Assembly (NCBI RefSeq): GCF_024223415.1
Contig: NZ_CP100500.1
Reading direction: 5' to 3' (one strand)
Origin: Escherichia coli
Lineage (GTDB): Bacteria; Pseudomonadota; Gammaproteobacteria; Enterobacterales; Enterobacteriaceae
Length of the DNA stretch: 64,000 nt
Made by a program: the position numbers and the translations under genes. The notes beneath the pieces were generated by a model. It did not search any database and was not told where the DNA came from. It saw only the letters and a program-made list of their open reading frames with translations. Every line of letters begins with the position of its first letter. The stretch's first letter is position 1. This document shows, piece after piece, positions 31,792-44,247 of this stretch.

Positions 31792-33164
31792 TTATGACAC
31801 TGTCGGGAAAATACGCTCCAGCCCCTGGAGAGACGCTTCCCAGTCCGCACGTTCAAAAATGCCTTGTTGCAAATAGCCCTCCAGCTGCGGCCACAGGGCG
31901 ATGGCTTTGTCGAGCATCGGATCGCTGCCTTTGGCATACGCGCCGACGCTAACCAGATCGCGGTTACGCTGAAAACTCGACAACAGCTGTTTGAAGGTGC
32001 GCACTCGCGCGTAATGTTGCTCACTGATCAACGCCGTCATTGCGCGGCTGATCGACGCTTCAATATCGATAGCCGGATAGTGCCCGGCTTCCGCCAGTCG
32101 GCGAGACAGCACAATGTGACCGTCGAGGATCGCCCGCGCGGAGTCTGCAATGGGGTCCTGCTGGTCATCGCCTTCGGTGAGCACGGTATAAAACGCGGTA
32201 ATCGAGCCGCCGCCGCTAATTCCATTTCCGGCACGCTCGACCAGTGCCGGTAATTTGGCAAACACCGACGGTGGATAACCTTTAGTGGCAGGTGGTTCGC
32301 CAATCGCCAGCGCAATTTCACGCTGGGCCATCGCGTAGCGGGTGAGGGAGTCCATAATCAGCAACACATGCTGACCACGATCGCGAAAATCTTCGGCAAT
32401 TCGCGTGGCATAGGCGGCACCTTGCATTCGCAGAAGCGGAGAGACATCCGCCGGAGCGGCAATCACCACGGAGCGTGCACGTCCCTCGGCACCGAGGATA
32501 TTCTCAATAAAATCTTTTACTTCGCGCCCACGTTCACCAATCAAACCCACGACAATGACATCGGCGCGGGTGTAACGGGCCATCATCCCCAGCAGCACAC
32601 TTTTACCAACGCCAGACCCGGCAAACAGTCCCATACGCTGCCCACGCCCAACGGTAAGCAGGGCATTGATTGGGCGCACGCCGGTGTCCAGCACATGTTC
32701 AATCGGTGTACGTTGCAACGGGTTAAATGGCGGGGTAATCAGCGCACCGGTTTCCGTCGTATCGGGGGAGGGGAGGCCATCGAGCGGTTTACCGCTGCCG
32801 TCCAGAACACGACCTAATAACGCCGGACCGAGCGGTAACTGCTTGCCGCTTTGCAGCCCTTCTGCCGAAATGTTTTTGGCATAAACACGCGCGCCGGGCA
32901 GGACACCTTCGACTTCCTCCAGCGGCATTAAAAACAGCCGTTGACCGTTAAAGCCAACGACTTCACTTTCTACTTCGTGCGTTTCAGTGCCGTTCTGGCG
33001 TTCAATGACACAGGTTGCGCCGAGCGGCAATTGTAATCCGGTGGCTTCCAGCACCAGCCCGGTAGCGCGGGTTAATCGCCCATAGCGACGTACCGCAGGC
33101 AACTGCGCCATTTTGGCTTCAAAGTTATCCAGCGTGGTTAGCCAGCGAGTCAGGCGCGTGGTCA

Positions 33165-33165
<1 letters not shown>
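31792..33165 (-). CDS. fliI: Flagellum-specific ATPase FliI (457 aa)
   Basis: Walker [19 protein letters not shown]1/V-type ATPase fold. Confidence 0.95.
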
Positions 33166-36490
<3,325 letters not shown>

Positions 36491-36704
36491 CGCGCACCTC
36501 GTGGCTGATTATGGACGGCGTTATTGGCAAAGTGGAACAAGACTCACTCCCGGGTCAGCAAACTCGAAAAATTGACGCTGCCATTATTTGTGCTTTCGTT
36601 TTTTTCTATCCGCCAATAAACCCGTTTTTTTGTTGCTATTTAGCGCCTTTGTCTTATTGACTTACTGGTAGGCTTTGCTACCAGAAATTATCCAGGAGAC
36701 GAAA
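36491..36704. promoter_or_regulatory. Divergent fliF / fliE class 2 (FlhDC-dependent) promoter region
   Basis: Intergenic region between divergently oriented fliF and fliE; assignment from conserved flagellar regulon architecture, sites not individually mapped. Confidence 0.4.
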
Positions 36705-37019
36705 ATGTCAGCGATACAGGGGATTGAAGGGGTTATCAGCCAGTTACAGGCTACGGCGATGAGTGCGCGTGCACAGGATTCACTGCCGCAACCGACCATT
36801 AGTTTTGCCGGGCAGCTGCACGCCGCGCTCGATCGCATTAGCGATACACAAACAGCTGCCCGCACGCAGGCAGAAAAATTCACCCTCGGTGAACCCGGCG
36901 TGGCGTTAAACGATGTGATGACCGATATGCAAAAAGCCTCAGTTTCTATGCAAATGGGGATTCAGGTGCGTAATAAGCTGGTGGCCGCGTATCAGGAAGT
37001 GATGTCCATGCAGGTGTAG
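36705..37019 (+). CDS. fliE: Flagellar hook-basal body protein FliE (104 aa)
   Basis: [104 protein letters not shown]. Confidence 0.95.
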
Positions 37020-37352
37020 GTTTTGTAACCTGTTGTTAATTACTTCCAATCTCACCGCTTGGGGCATGGATGGGGCAAACTCACTCAATTTCTGGTTTAA
37101 AATGGATACCTGATCCTGAAAGTTTTCTGCCATCCACGATCCGTAAACGCGATAACATGTTTTGTCTTCGCTTTGCTCATAGGAAGAGTGAACTCTTTTG
37201 TTAGCCTGGGGTTCCTTCTGATCATTATTGTTCCTGCCTTTATCTCTTGCCACGCCAGAGCCCCCTGGATACACATACACCAGGATGAAAACGGTGAGTT
37301 GTGTTCAAACTGTAGTACAATTCTCTCCAGTATGAACAGGAAAGAATATGCT

Positions 37353-37685
37353 ATGAACCCTTATATTTATCTTGGTGGCGCAATACTTGCAGAGGTCATT
37401 GGTACAACCTTAATGAAGTTTTCAGAGGGGTTTACACGGTTATGGCCCTCTGTTGGCACAATTATTTGCTATTGTGCATCATTTTGGTTATTAGCTCAGA
37501 CACTGGCTTATATACCTACAGGGATTGCTTATGCTATCTGGTCAGGAGTCGGTATCGTTCTGATTAGTTTGCTTTCCTGGGGATTTTTTGGCCAACGACT
37601 GGACTTGCCAGCCATCATAGGCATGATGTTGATTTGTGCCGGTGTGTTAGTCATTAACTTGTTGTCACGAAGCGCACCGCATTAA
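37353..37685 (+). CDS. emrE: SMR-family multidrug efflux transporter EmrE (110 aa)
   Basis: MNPYIYLGGAILAEVIGTTLMKFSEGFTRLWPSVGTIICYCASFWLLAQTLAYIPTGIAYAIWSGVGIVLISLLSWGFFGQRLDLPAIIGMMLICAGVLVINLLSRSAPH; conserved Glu14. Confidence 0.9.
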   Translation: MNPYIYLGGAILAEVIGTTLMKFSEGFTRLWPSVGTIICYCASFWLLAQTLAYIPTGIAYAIWSGVGIVLISLLSWGFFGQRLDLPAIIGMMLICAGVLVINLLSRSAPH

Positions 37686-37853
37686 AAAATAATCATCCTT
37701 GAGATAACAGGAATCTGATTTGTGCATATTATGGCTAATGTTCGGGGCAACTTTATAATTATGATTGCATTTGCGCGATCATTGCGCCTTTTTGCATAAT
37801 GAGATCAATGCACATCAAATAAAATAACGATAGGTCACAACAAAGAGGTTTTT

Positions 37854-38405
37854 ATGAAAAAACTTATCGTTTCAAGTGTATTGGCATTCATAACATTTTC
37901 TGCGCAGGCCGCAGCATTTCAGGTCACTAGTAATGAAATAAAAACAGGAGAGCAACTTACAACGTCTCATGTATTTTCTGGATTTGGGTGTGAGGGGGGT
38001 AATACATCGCCCTCATTAACCTGGTCTGGTGCTCCAGAAGGCACCAAAAGCTTTGCCGTAACTGTGTATGATCCAGATGCGCCTACAGGCAGCGGATGGT
38101 GGCACTGGACTGTTGCTAATATTCCAGCAACGGTAACATATTTGCCCGCTGATGCAGGAAGACGTGATGGTACAAAACTTCCGACTGGTGCTGTCCAAGG
38201 CCGAAATGATTTTGGTTATGCGGGATTTGGTGGAGCATGTCCTCCCAAAGGAGATAAACCCCATCATTACCAGTTTAAAATATGGGCTCTAAAAACTGAT
38301 AAGATTCCTGTGGATTCTAATTCCAGCGGAGCGTTAGTTGGTTATATGCTTAATGCCAATAAAATTGCAACCGCTGAGATAATACCCGTTTATGAGGTAA
38401 AGTAG
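37854..38405 (+). CDS. ybcL: Secreted PEBP-family (Raf kinase inhibitor-like) protein YbcL (183 aa)
   Basis: Signal peptide MKKLIVSSVLAFITFSAQAAAF, PEBP motifs (YDPDAP, HHYQFKIWAL). Confidence 0.85.
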   Translation: MKKLIVSSVLAFITFSAQAAAFQVTSNEIKTGEQLTTSHVFSGFGCEGGNTSPSLTWSGAPEGTKSFAVTVYDPDAPTGSGWWHWTVANIPATVTYLPADAGRRDGTKLPTGAVQGRNDFGYAGFGGACPPKGDKPHHYQFKIWALKTDKIPVDSNSSGALVGYMLNANKIATAEIIPVYEVK

Positions 38406-38414
38406 GATAAGAGT

Positions 38415-39212
38415 ATGCTGGCAAAAGATAGGACTAACCTAAAGATTGAAGAAATACGGATGCATAAACATCATGAGATTCACAGGGTTAAGCCTCTTAT
38501 GCCAGCTTTATGTCGTATCCGTCAGGGAAAAAAAATTATCAATTGGGAGACGCATAGTCTAACTGTTGATAATAATCAGATAATATTATTTCCCTGTGGA
38601 TATGAATTTTATATTGCGAATTACCCAGAAGCAGGTCTTTATCTTGCAGAAATGCTTTATTATCCCATTGATCTAATTGAAAAGTTCCAAAATCTTTATG
38701 CGATAACCGATCAAATTCGTAACACGACAGGTTTCTGCTTACCTCAGAATCCCGAGTTAATATATTGTTGGGAGCAACTAAAAACATCTATTTCCCGAGG
38801 CTTCTCAACGCAAATTCAGGAACACTTAGCAATGGGCGTTCTACTTTCATTAGGAGCACATCATGTTAATTGTTTACTTTTATCAGATAGTAAACAATCA
38901 TTAATAAGTCGTTGTTATAACCTAATGCTATCCGAACCTGGAACAAAATGGACAGCAAACAAGGTAGCGAGATATCTCTACATTTCTGTTTCCACATTGC
39001 ATCGCCGTCTGGCAAGCGAGGGAGTAAGTTTTCAAAGTATATTGGACGACGTGAGGTTAAATAATGCGTTGTCTGCTATACAAACGACAGTAAAACCCAT
39101 CAGCGAGATTGCCAGGGAAAATGGTTACAAGTGTCCTTCTCGTTTTACTGAAAGGTTCCATAATCGTTTTAAGATAACACCAAGAGAGCTAAGAAAAGCG
39201 TCCAGAGAGTAA
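38415..39212 (+). CDS. ybcM: AraC/XylS-family transcriptional regulator YbcM (265 aa)
   Basis: C-terminal AraC HTH ([47 protein letters not shown]...[20 protein letters not shown]). Confidence 0.85.
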   Translation: MLAKDRTNLKIEEIRMHKHHEIHRVKPLMPALCRIRQGKKIINWETHSLTVDNNQIILFPCGYEFYIANYPEAGLYLAEMLYYPIDLIEKFQNLYAITDQIRNTTGFCLPQNPELIYCWEQLKTSISRGFSTQIQEHLAMGVLLSLGAHHVNCLLLSDSKQSLISRCYNLMLSEPGTKWTANKVARYLYISVSTLHRRLASEGVSFQSILDDVRLNNALSAIQTTVKPISEIARENGYKCPSRFTERFHNRFKITPRELRKASRE

Positions 39213-39503
39213 AAGTATTTTATGAAGGAGCAACAGCATAGATTTTTATTTTGGAAAATAAATACGGCATACTCAACCTATTGGAGCCTGAACAATCCGG
39301 TGACTTCTGCGCTAATCGGGGACGTTTATAAGCACATATAATTGATACTATCTTCCTCCATCACAATTTCAGAAATGCACGTGTGATTTTTTTGCATCCG
39401 GCGTTTGGACTATGTGGAGTTCAAGAGTGGGAAAGTTACAAGAGGTTGAGGGGATAATTAAAGGGATGCTTATGACATTAGATATCCGGATAGGTACGGA
39501 TAT

Positions 39504-39543
39504 CGTTGTTATTAAATCTAGTTCGTTGTTATTAAATCTAGTT
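39504..39543. repeat. Perfect 2-copy tandem direct repeat of a 20-bp unit (CGTTGTTATTAAATCTAGTT)
   Basis: Two adjacent identical 20-mers inside AT-rich non-coding DNA. Confidence 0.9.
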
Positions 39544-40175
39544 TATACGTTAAGATGCAGCTACAGCAGAAATTGCCACTGTTAATTTTTTCATCGTGAG
39601 CCTTTTATTTGAACTATTATTTAAAAATGATGTCACTGCACTACAAATATTCATCCAATCAATGAGATTATTTCAAGATGTAAGTTTTAGTTTCTCATTT
39701 AAATTGTGAAGTAGATCCCTATCTTTATCTGAACTGTTTCTATTGCACACAATGCATGACTATTTTGTGAACGAATATAAATTTGGTAGTTAAATTATAT
39801 TAAAGGTTGTTATTTATGATTGACTCATAATTTATTTATTTAATTTAAATAGCCTAGAAATAACCATGGAAATTATTTGCATGATGTTTGTTTAGATTTA
39901 TTAATGTAATTGAGGTGGTTTTATTTAATACGCAATATAGCGCCGCTTGATATTAGTTCTATTTTTTTTGCGTAAGATAGATGAGACAAACTGAGACGCA
40001 TAATGGTTTGCAAGGCTCTAATACTTTGATGTTGAGGATGTGATGGGGCATGTACGGGGCATAGTACAATGATGTCCATGCTGGTGTAGATAATCTCCAG
40101 GCTTATCCGGTGCGCCGTAAAACCCCGTCCTTCAGGGCAGGGATATAAGGCGTGGTTTTCCACCTGACCAGGTGT

Positions 40176-40595
40176 TTGCTGTTGTTCAATGTATTGGCGG
40201 ATGACGGATATTGGCGCACCTCCGCAGCTACTGGCAAAATAGCCAGGACTCCACAAAACGCCTTTGTAGTAATACCTGACTGCAATATCTGGTCGATCTC
40301 GTCGCAGTCACCTACCCGATACGCCTTTGAGGCTGTTTACCAGACTGGATATCGCCAGTTTGGGAGGATAGTTAATTAACAAATGGACGTGATCTGGTTC
40401 GCCATCCATTTCAACCAGTTCAGCTTCAAAATCAGCACATACATTTGAAAAGTAAGTGCGTAGTTTTTCTGTCGCGTCATGGTCAAAAATCTGACGTCGG
40501 TATCTGGTGACAAAGACCAGGTGAACATGCATCAGGAAAACACAATGCCTTCCACGCCGGATATCGGTTTCTTTTTTCACAGACCAAAGTATCAT
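40176..40595 (-). pseudogene. tnpA: tnpA (HUH Y1 transposase of IS200/IS605 family) interrupted by an in-frame TGA
   Basis: N-part MILWSVKKETDIRRGRHCVFLMHVHLVFVTRYRR...EPDHVHLL (HUH motif) ends at TGA 40308..40310; same frame continues LRRDRPDIAVRYYYKGVLWSPGYFASSCGGAPISVIRQYIEQQ (catalytic Tyr region). Confidence 0.75.
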
Positions 40596-40602
40596 TTGGC
40601 CT

Positions 40603-41811
40603 GTGAAACGACTACAAGCATTTAAATTCCAGTTAAGACCCGGTGGTCAACAGGAGCGTGAAATGAGGCGCTTCGCAGGCGCATGTCGTTTCGTTTTCAA
40701 TCGTGCTCTGGCACGTCAGAATGAGAATCATGAGGTCGGTAATAAATACATCCCTTACGGGAAAATGGCTTCCTGGCTGGTTGAGTGGAAAAATGCCACT
40801 GAAACGCAATGGCTTAAAGATGCCCCGTCACAGCCATTGCAACAGTCACTGAAAGACCTTGAGCGGGCTTACAAAAACTTCTTCCAGAATCGGGCTGCTT
40901 TTCCCCGATTCAAAAAGCGGGGACAGAATGATGTATTCCGCTACCCGCAGGGCGTTAAGCTCGATCAGGAAAACAGCCGTATTTTTCTGCCGAAACTGGG
41001 CTGGATGCGCTACCGGAACAGCCGTCAGGTCACGGGTGTTGTGAAAAATGTCACTGTCAGCCAGTCCTGCGGTAAGTGGTACATCAGTATTCAGACAGAA
41101 AGTGAAGTATCAACTCCGGTTCACCCTTCAGCATCAATGGTCGGGCTGGATGCTGGCGTGGCTAAACTCGCCACGCTGTCAGATGGCACAGTCTTTGAGC
41201 CTGTAAACAGTTTTCAGAAAAACCAGAAGAAGCTGGCGAGACTTCAGCGACAGTTAAGCCGCAAGGTCAAATTCAGCAACAACTGGCAGAAGCAGAAACG
41301 CAAAATACAGCGACTGCATTCCTGTATCGCAAATATCCGCAGGGACTACCTTCACAAAGTCACAACGACCGTCAGCAAAAACCACGCAATGATAGTCATT
41401 GAGGATTTGAAGGTCAGCAACATGTCAAAGTCAGCAGCGGGTACGGTCAGCCAGCCGGGGCGCAATGTCCGGGCAAAATCAGGTTTAAACCGTTCGATAC
41501 TGGATCAGGGCTGGTATGAAATGCGCCGCCAGCTTGAGTACAAGCAGCTCTGGCGTGGCGGTCAGGTGCTTGCTGTTCCGCCAGCGTACACAAGCCAGCG
41601 TTGCGCGTGCTGTGGTCATACAGAGAAAGAAAACCGCCTGTCACAAAGTAAATTCAGATGCCAGGTATGTGGATATACAGCGAACGCCGATGTAAATGGC
41701 GCTCGTAACATTTTAGCGGCGGGGCACGCCGTTCTTGCCTGTGGAGAGATGGTGCAGTCAGGCCGCCCGTTGAAGCAGGAACCCACCGAAATGATTCAGG
41801 CGACAGCCTGA
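40603..41811 (+). CDS. tnpB: TnpB (IS605 OrfB family RNA-guided endonuclease), apparently intact, 402 aa
   Basis: RuvC-I ([12 protein letters not shown]), RuvC-II ([11 protein letters not shown]), zinc finger CACCGH...CQVCG, RuvC-III ([10 protein letters not shown]). Confidence 0.85.
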   Translation: MKRLQAFKFQLRPGGQQEREMRRFAGACRFVFNRALARQNENHEVGNKYIPYGKMASWLVEWKNATETQWLKDAPSQPLQQSLKDLERAYKNFFQNRAAFPRFKKRGQNDVFRYPQGVKLDQENSRIFLPKLGWMRYRNSRQVTGVVKNVTVSQSCGKWYISIQTESEVSTPVHPSASMVGLDAGVAKLATLSDGTVFEPVNSFQKNQKKLARLQRQLSRKVKFSNNWQKQKRKIQRLHSCIANIRRDYLHKVTTTVSKNHAMIVIEDLKVSNMSKSAAGTVSQPGRNVRAKSGLNRSILDQGWYEMRRQLEYKQLWRGGQVLAVPPAYTSQRCACCGHTEKENRLSQSKFRCQVCGYTANADVNGARNILAAGHAVLACGEMVQSGRPLKQEPTEMIQATA

Positions 41812-41850
41812 ACGTAGCAGGGATCCTCGTCCTTCAGGGCGTGGAGGATG

Positions 41851-42522
41851 TCAACAAACAGGTTGAATTAACTCCGCGCCCTGGTTTTTGACATTACCTA
41901 CCGCGCGCGATACCGGGTGCCAGGTGAACTGGTTTGCTGGCACACAGCCGTTGGTAGCAATTTCTGATGCTTCTTTACCGCCAATCTCTTGCCGCATCCA
42001 TTCCTGTGCAGCTTCTGGCGACAGAACCAGCGGGCGGCGGTCATGAATATCTACCAGACCCTGGTCTGCTGCTGCAGTGACAATTAAAAATCCTTCGGCT
42101 TCGTCACCGCGCTCAAACGGTGTGCTACCTATCGCGGCCATAAAAACAGGTTGTCCATCAGCGCGATAGATAAAATAAGGCTGTTTTTTGTCGCCTTCTT
42201 TTTTCCACTCAAACCAGCCATCGGCAAAACAGATTGCCCGACCATGTTGCCAGAGCGGTTTAAACATACGACTGGTGGCCGCAGTTTCTACGCGGGCGTT
42301 AATCAGCGGCGGTTTATCCCACCATCCGGGAGCATATCCCCAGAAAACCGGATCCAGATGAAGGTGTTCATCACGTTCACTGAGCAGAAGAACTTTGGTT
42401 CCCGGCGCGACGTTGTATCTGCCAATGGGTTCGGGATCGTAGGGAATATCGCGTTCAATATCTTCCGCGAGAAGCGCAAGGTAATCTTCACGCGTTTGGG
42501 ATTGGGCAAAGCGTCCACACAT
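41851..42522 (-). CDS. yedK: SRAP-family abasic-site processing protein YedK (223 aa)
   Basis: MCGRFAQSQTREDYLALLAEDIERDIPYDPEPIGRYNVAPGTKV..., N-terminal Cys2 nucleophile. Confidence 0.9.
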   Translation of the reverse strand: MCGRFAQSQTREDYLALLAEDIERDIPYDPEPIGRYNVAPGTKVLLLSERDEHLHLDPVFWGYAPGWWDKPPLINARVETAATSRMFKPLWQHGRAICFADGWFEWKKEGDKKQPYFIYRADGQPVFMAAIGSTPFERGDEAEGFLIVTAAADQGLVDIHDRRPLVLSPEAAQEWMRQEIGGKEASEIATNGCVPANQFTWHPVSRAVGNVKNQGAELIQPVC

Positions 42523-42628
42523 AGAAACCTCCTGAGATCATACTGAAAAGAATAGGAGAGGGGGCGGGTAAAATCTATGTGTCAGAGGCAACGATGTTCC
42601 CGCTGTGGGCCACAGCGGGAATGAGGGA

Positions 42629-42862
42629 TTACTTCTGAATTAAATAACGAATGGTCGGCCCGTCTTGCTGAATATCCAGCACCGTATAGCCGTGATTACG
42701 CGCATCCAGTGGAATATTATTGATCGACTGTGGACAGTCGCTCACCACTTCCAGGATTTCCCCTTTTTTTAACTGCGGCATCGCCTCAAGAGTTGCGACT
42801 GCCGGATAAGGGCAGGGTTCACCCACCATATCAAGGCGGTAATCAGGAACGATATTTTTCAT
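42629..42862 (-). CDS. yedF: TusA-like sulfurtransferase-fold protein YedF (77 aa)
   Basis: MKNIVPDYRLDMVGEPCPYPAVATLEAMPQLKKGEILEVVSDCPQSINNIPLDARNHGYTVLDIQQDGPTIRYLIQK (CPxP motif). Confidence 0.9.
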   Translation of the reverse strand: MKNIVPDYRLDMVGEPCPYPAVATLEAMPQLKKGEILEVVSDCPQSINNIPLDARNHGYTVLDIQQDGPTIRYLIQK

Positions 42863-44064
42863 GCGATCTCCTTAGCAGTCTGCGGTGCCGCACGGCGGAA
42901 GAAGCGTTTTTCCCAGCCGATAATCAACATCAGCGCAGTAAACAACAGCAAATATGTCACCAGCAGGCCACCCATCGGGCCAAAGGTTTTCAGCAGGTTG
43001 ATTTTGTCCCAGTCGGTGGCCAGCGCCGGAGCGAAATCATCCCAGTAATACGCCAGAATCGTCGAGCCGATCACATTGCCCAGACCGACCCACCAGTAGT
43101 GCACCTGGCCTTCTACCGCGCGGTACATCCAGCCGGTTTCGCAGCCGCCTGCCAGCACGATGCCAAAACCAAACAGTAAACCACCAATTACCGCGTTTGG
43201 TCCCGCCCACATGATTTTGGGTTCAACGCCTAACTGTACGTAACTGAAGATCCCGATGGCACTCACCGCCATACCGATAATGATTGCTTTCGCCATATGG
43301 GTACGTCCGGTGATCCACATATCGCGGAACGCCGAAGTAAAGCAGATTTGCGCACGTTCAATCAGTAAACCAAAGCCGACGCCAAACAGCATTGCCAGCC
43401 CCAGTTTGGGTTGGTTCATCGCCGTGAGCAGCGCCCAGCCCAGCATGCCGAAAAAGACCAGCATCCCGAGACGAAAACGACGCCGCGCCTGATCCGGTTT
43501 TTGCGTCAGCGGTGAGGCGGCAGAAACTTTCTGCATTTTCACGGGAATACGGAAGATGGGCAGCAGGGTAAAGCGCGCGCCAAACCATGAACCAATGGCC
43601 GTGGCGATGGCAAAGAACCAGGCATGCAGCGAGAACTGAGGAATGCCGGTAAAGAACGCCGCCAGGTTACAGCCCATTGCCAGACGCGCGCCAAAACCGG
43701 CGATAATGCCGCCAATAATGGCCTGCATAATGCGGATACGGCTGCGCGGCATGCGCAGTTTGACATTGTTGGCCCACAGCGCTGCGGCAAAGCAGCCGCC
43801 AAACATGCCGAGGATCATCATCCCGTCGATGCGGGTTAATGGCGATCCTTCCAGATGGATAATTTTAAAATAACCCCACTCTTCAGCATGGACGCCAAAC
43901 AGCTGCAGGAGCTGACCGCCCCAACGGGTAAATTCACCCGTGACAGCCCAAAAGGTGCCAGTAATGCCAAAATAGTAAGTGGAGAGAATACCCGCCGCGA
44001 TGACCGCAGGGATGGGTGCCCAGAATTTAATCAACCAGGCGTGTTTGAATTGCTGCCATGACAT
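42859..44064 (-). CDS. yedE: YedE/YeeE-family inner-membrane transporter (401 aa)
   Basis: MSWQQFKHAWLIKFWAPIPAVIAAGILSTYYFGITGTFWAVTGEF..., overlaps yedF by 4 nt. Confidence 0.85.
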   Translation of the reverse strand: MSWQQFKHAWLIKFWAPIPAVIAAGILSTYYFGITGTFWAVTGEFTRWGGQLLQLFGVHAEEWGYFKIIHLEGSPLTRIDGMMILGMFGGCFAAALWANNVKLRMPRSRIRIMQAIIGGIIAGFGARLAMGCNLAAFFTGIPQFSLHAWFFAIATAIGSWFGARFTLLPIFRIPVKMQKVSAASPLTQKPDQARRRFRLGMLVFFGMLGWALLTAMNQPKLGLAMLFGVGFGLLIERAQICFTSAFRDMWITGRTHMAKAIIIGMAVSAIGIFSYVQLGVEPKIMWAGPNAVIGGLLFGFGIVLAGGCETGWMYRAVEGQVHYWWVGLGNVIGSTILAYYWDDFAPALATDWDKINLLKTFGPMGGLLVTYLLLFTALMLIIGWEKRFFRRAAPQTAKEIA

Positions 44065-44247
44065 GAATGTAGCCTCTGAACTCAGAAGGTTTGAAACAAG
44101 AATCGCGAATCATACATCATGCAAATTTATTTTCGGGGTAATAATTCACAAAAATAATAGTTAGATCAAATTTCTCTCTGAACCTGGAAAGGCTGGCGAT
44201 ATCAGGGCTTTAATGCCACAATCCTCTTTTCTTCTCATGCAGGACGA

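Larger units (their letters stand above)
40100..41850 (+). mobile_element. IS200/IS605-family insertion sequence (IS605-like divergent tnpA/tnpB organisation); ends approximate
   Basis: Related subterminal imperfect hairpins sharing CGTCCTTCAGGGC at 40123..40142 (left) and 41825..41847 (right); Y1-transposase and TnpB genes between them. Confidence 0.7.

Noticed and set aside
37173-37352. N-terminal 60-codon extension of emrE in the ORF track (170 aa)
   Set aside because: EmrE matches a 110-aa protein starting MNPYIYLGG at 37353; the upstream extension is non-homologous.
39504-39543. Possible CRISPR array suggested by the perfect direct repeat
   Set aside because: Only two immediately adjacent 20-bp copies with no spacers and no cas genes nearby; a simple tandem duplication.
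39921-40256. 111-aa minus-strand ORF beginning MWSPGYFASSCGG
   Set aside because: It is the C-terminal part of the disrupted tnpA frame reading on through the IS left-end hairpin into flanking DNA; not an independent gene.
40308-40310. In-frame TGA in tnpA as a selenocysteine or programmed readthrough codon
   Set aside because: No SECIS-like context recognised and Y1 transposases are not selenoproteins; a nonsense mutation is the parsimonious reading.
42595-42620. Hairpin GTTCCCGCTGTGG-GCC-ACAGCGGGAA downstream of yedF considered as a terminator or selenium-related RNA element
   Set aside because: No adjacent T-run on either strand and no recognisable SECIS-like features; probably just a structured intergenic element.
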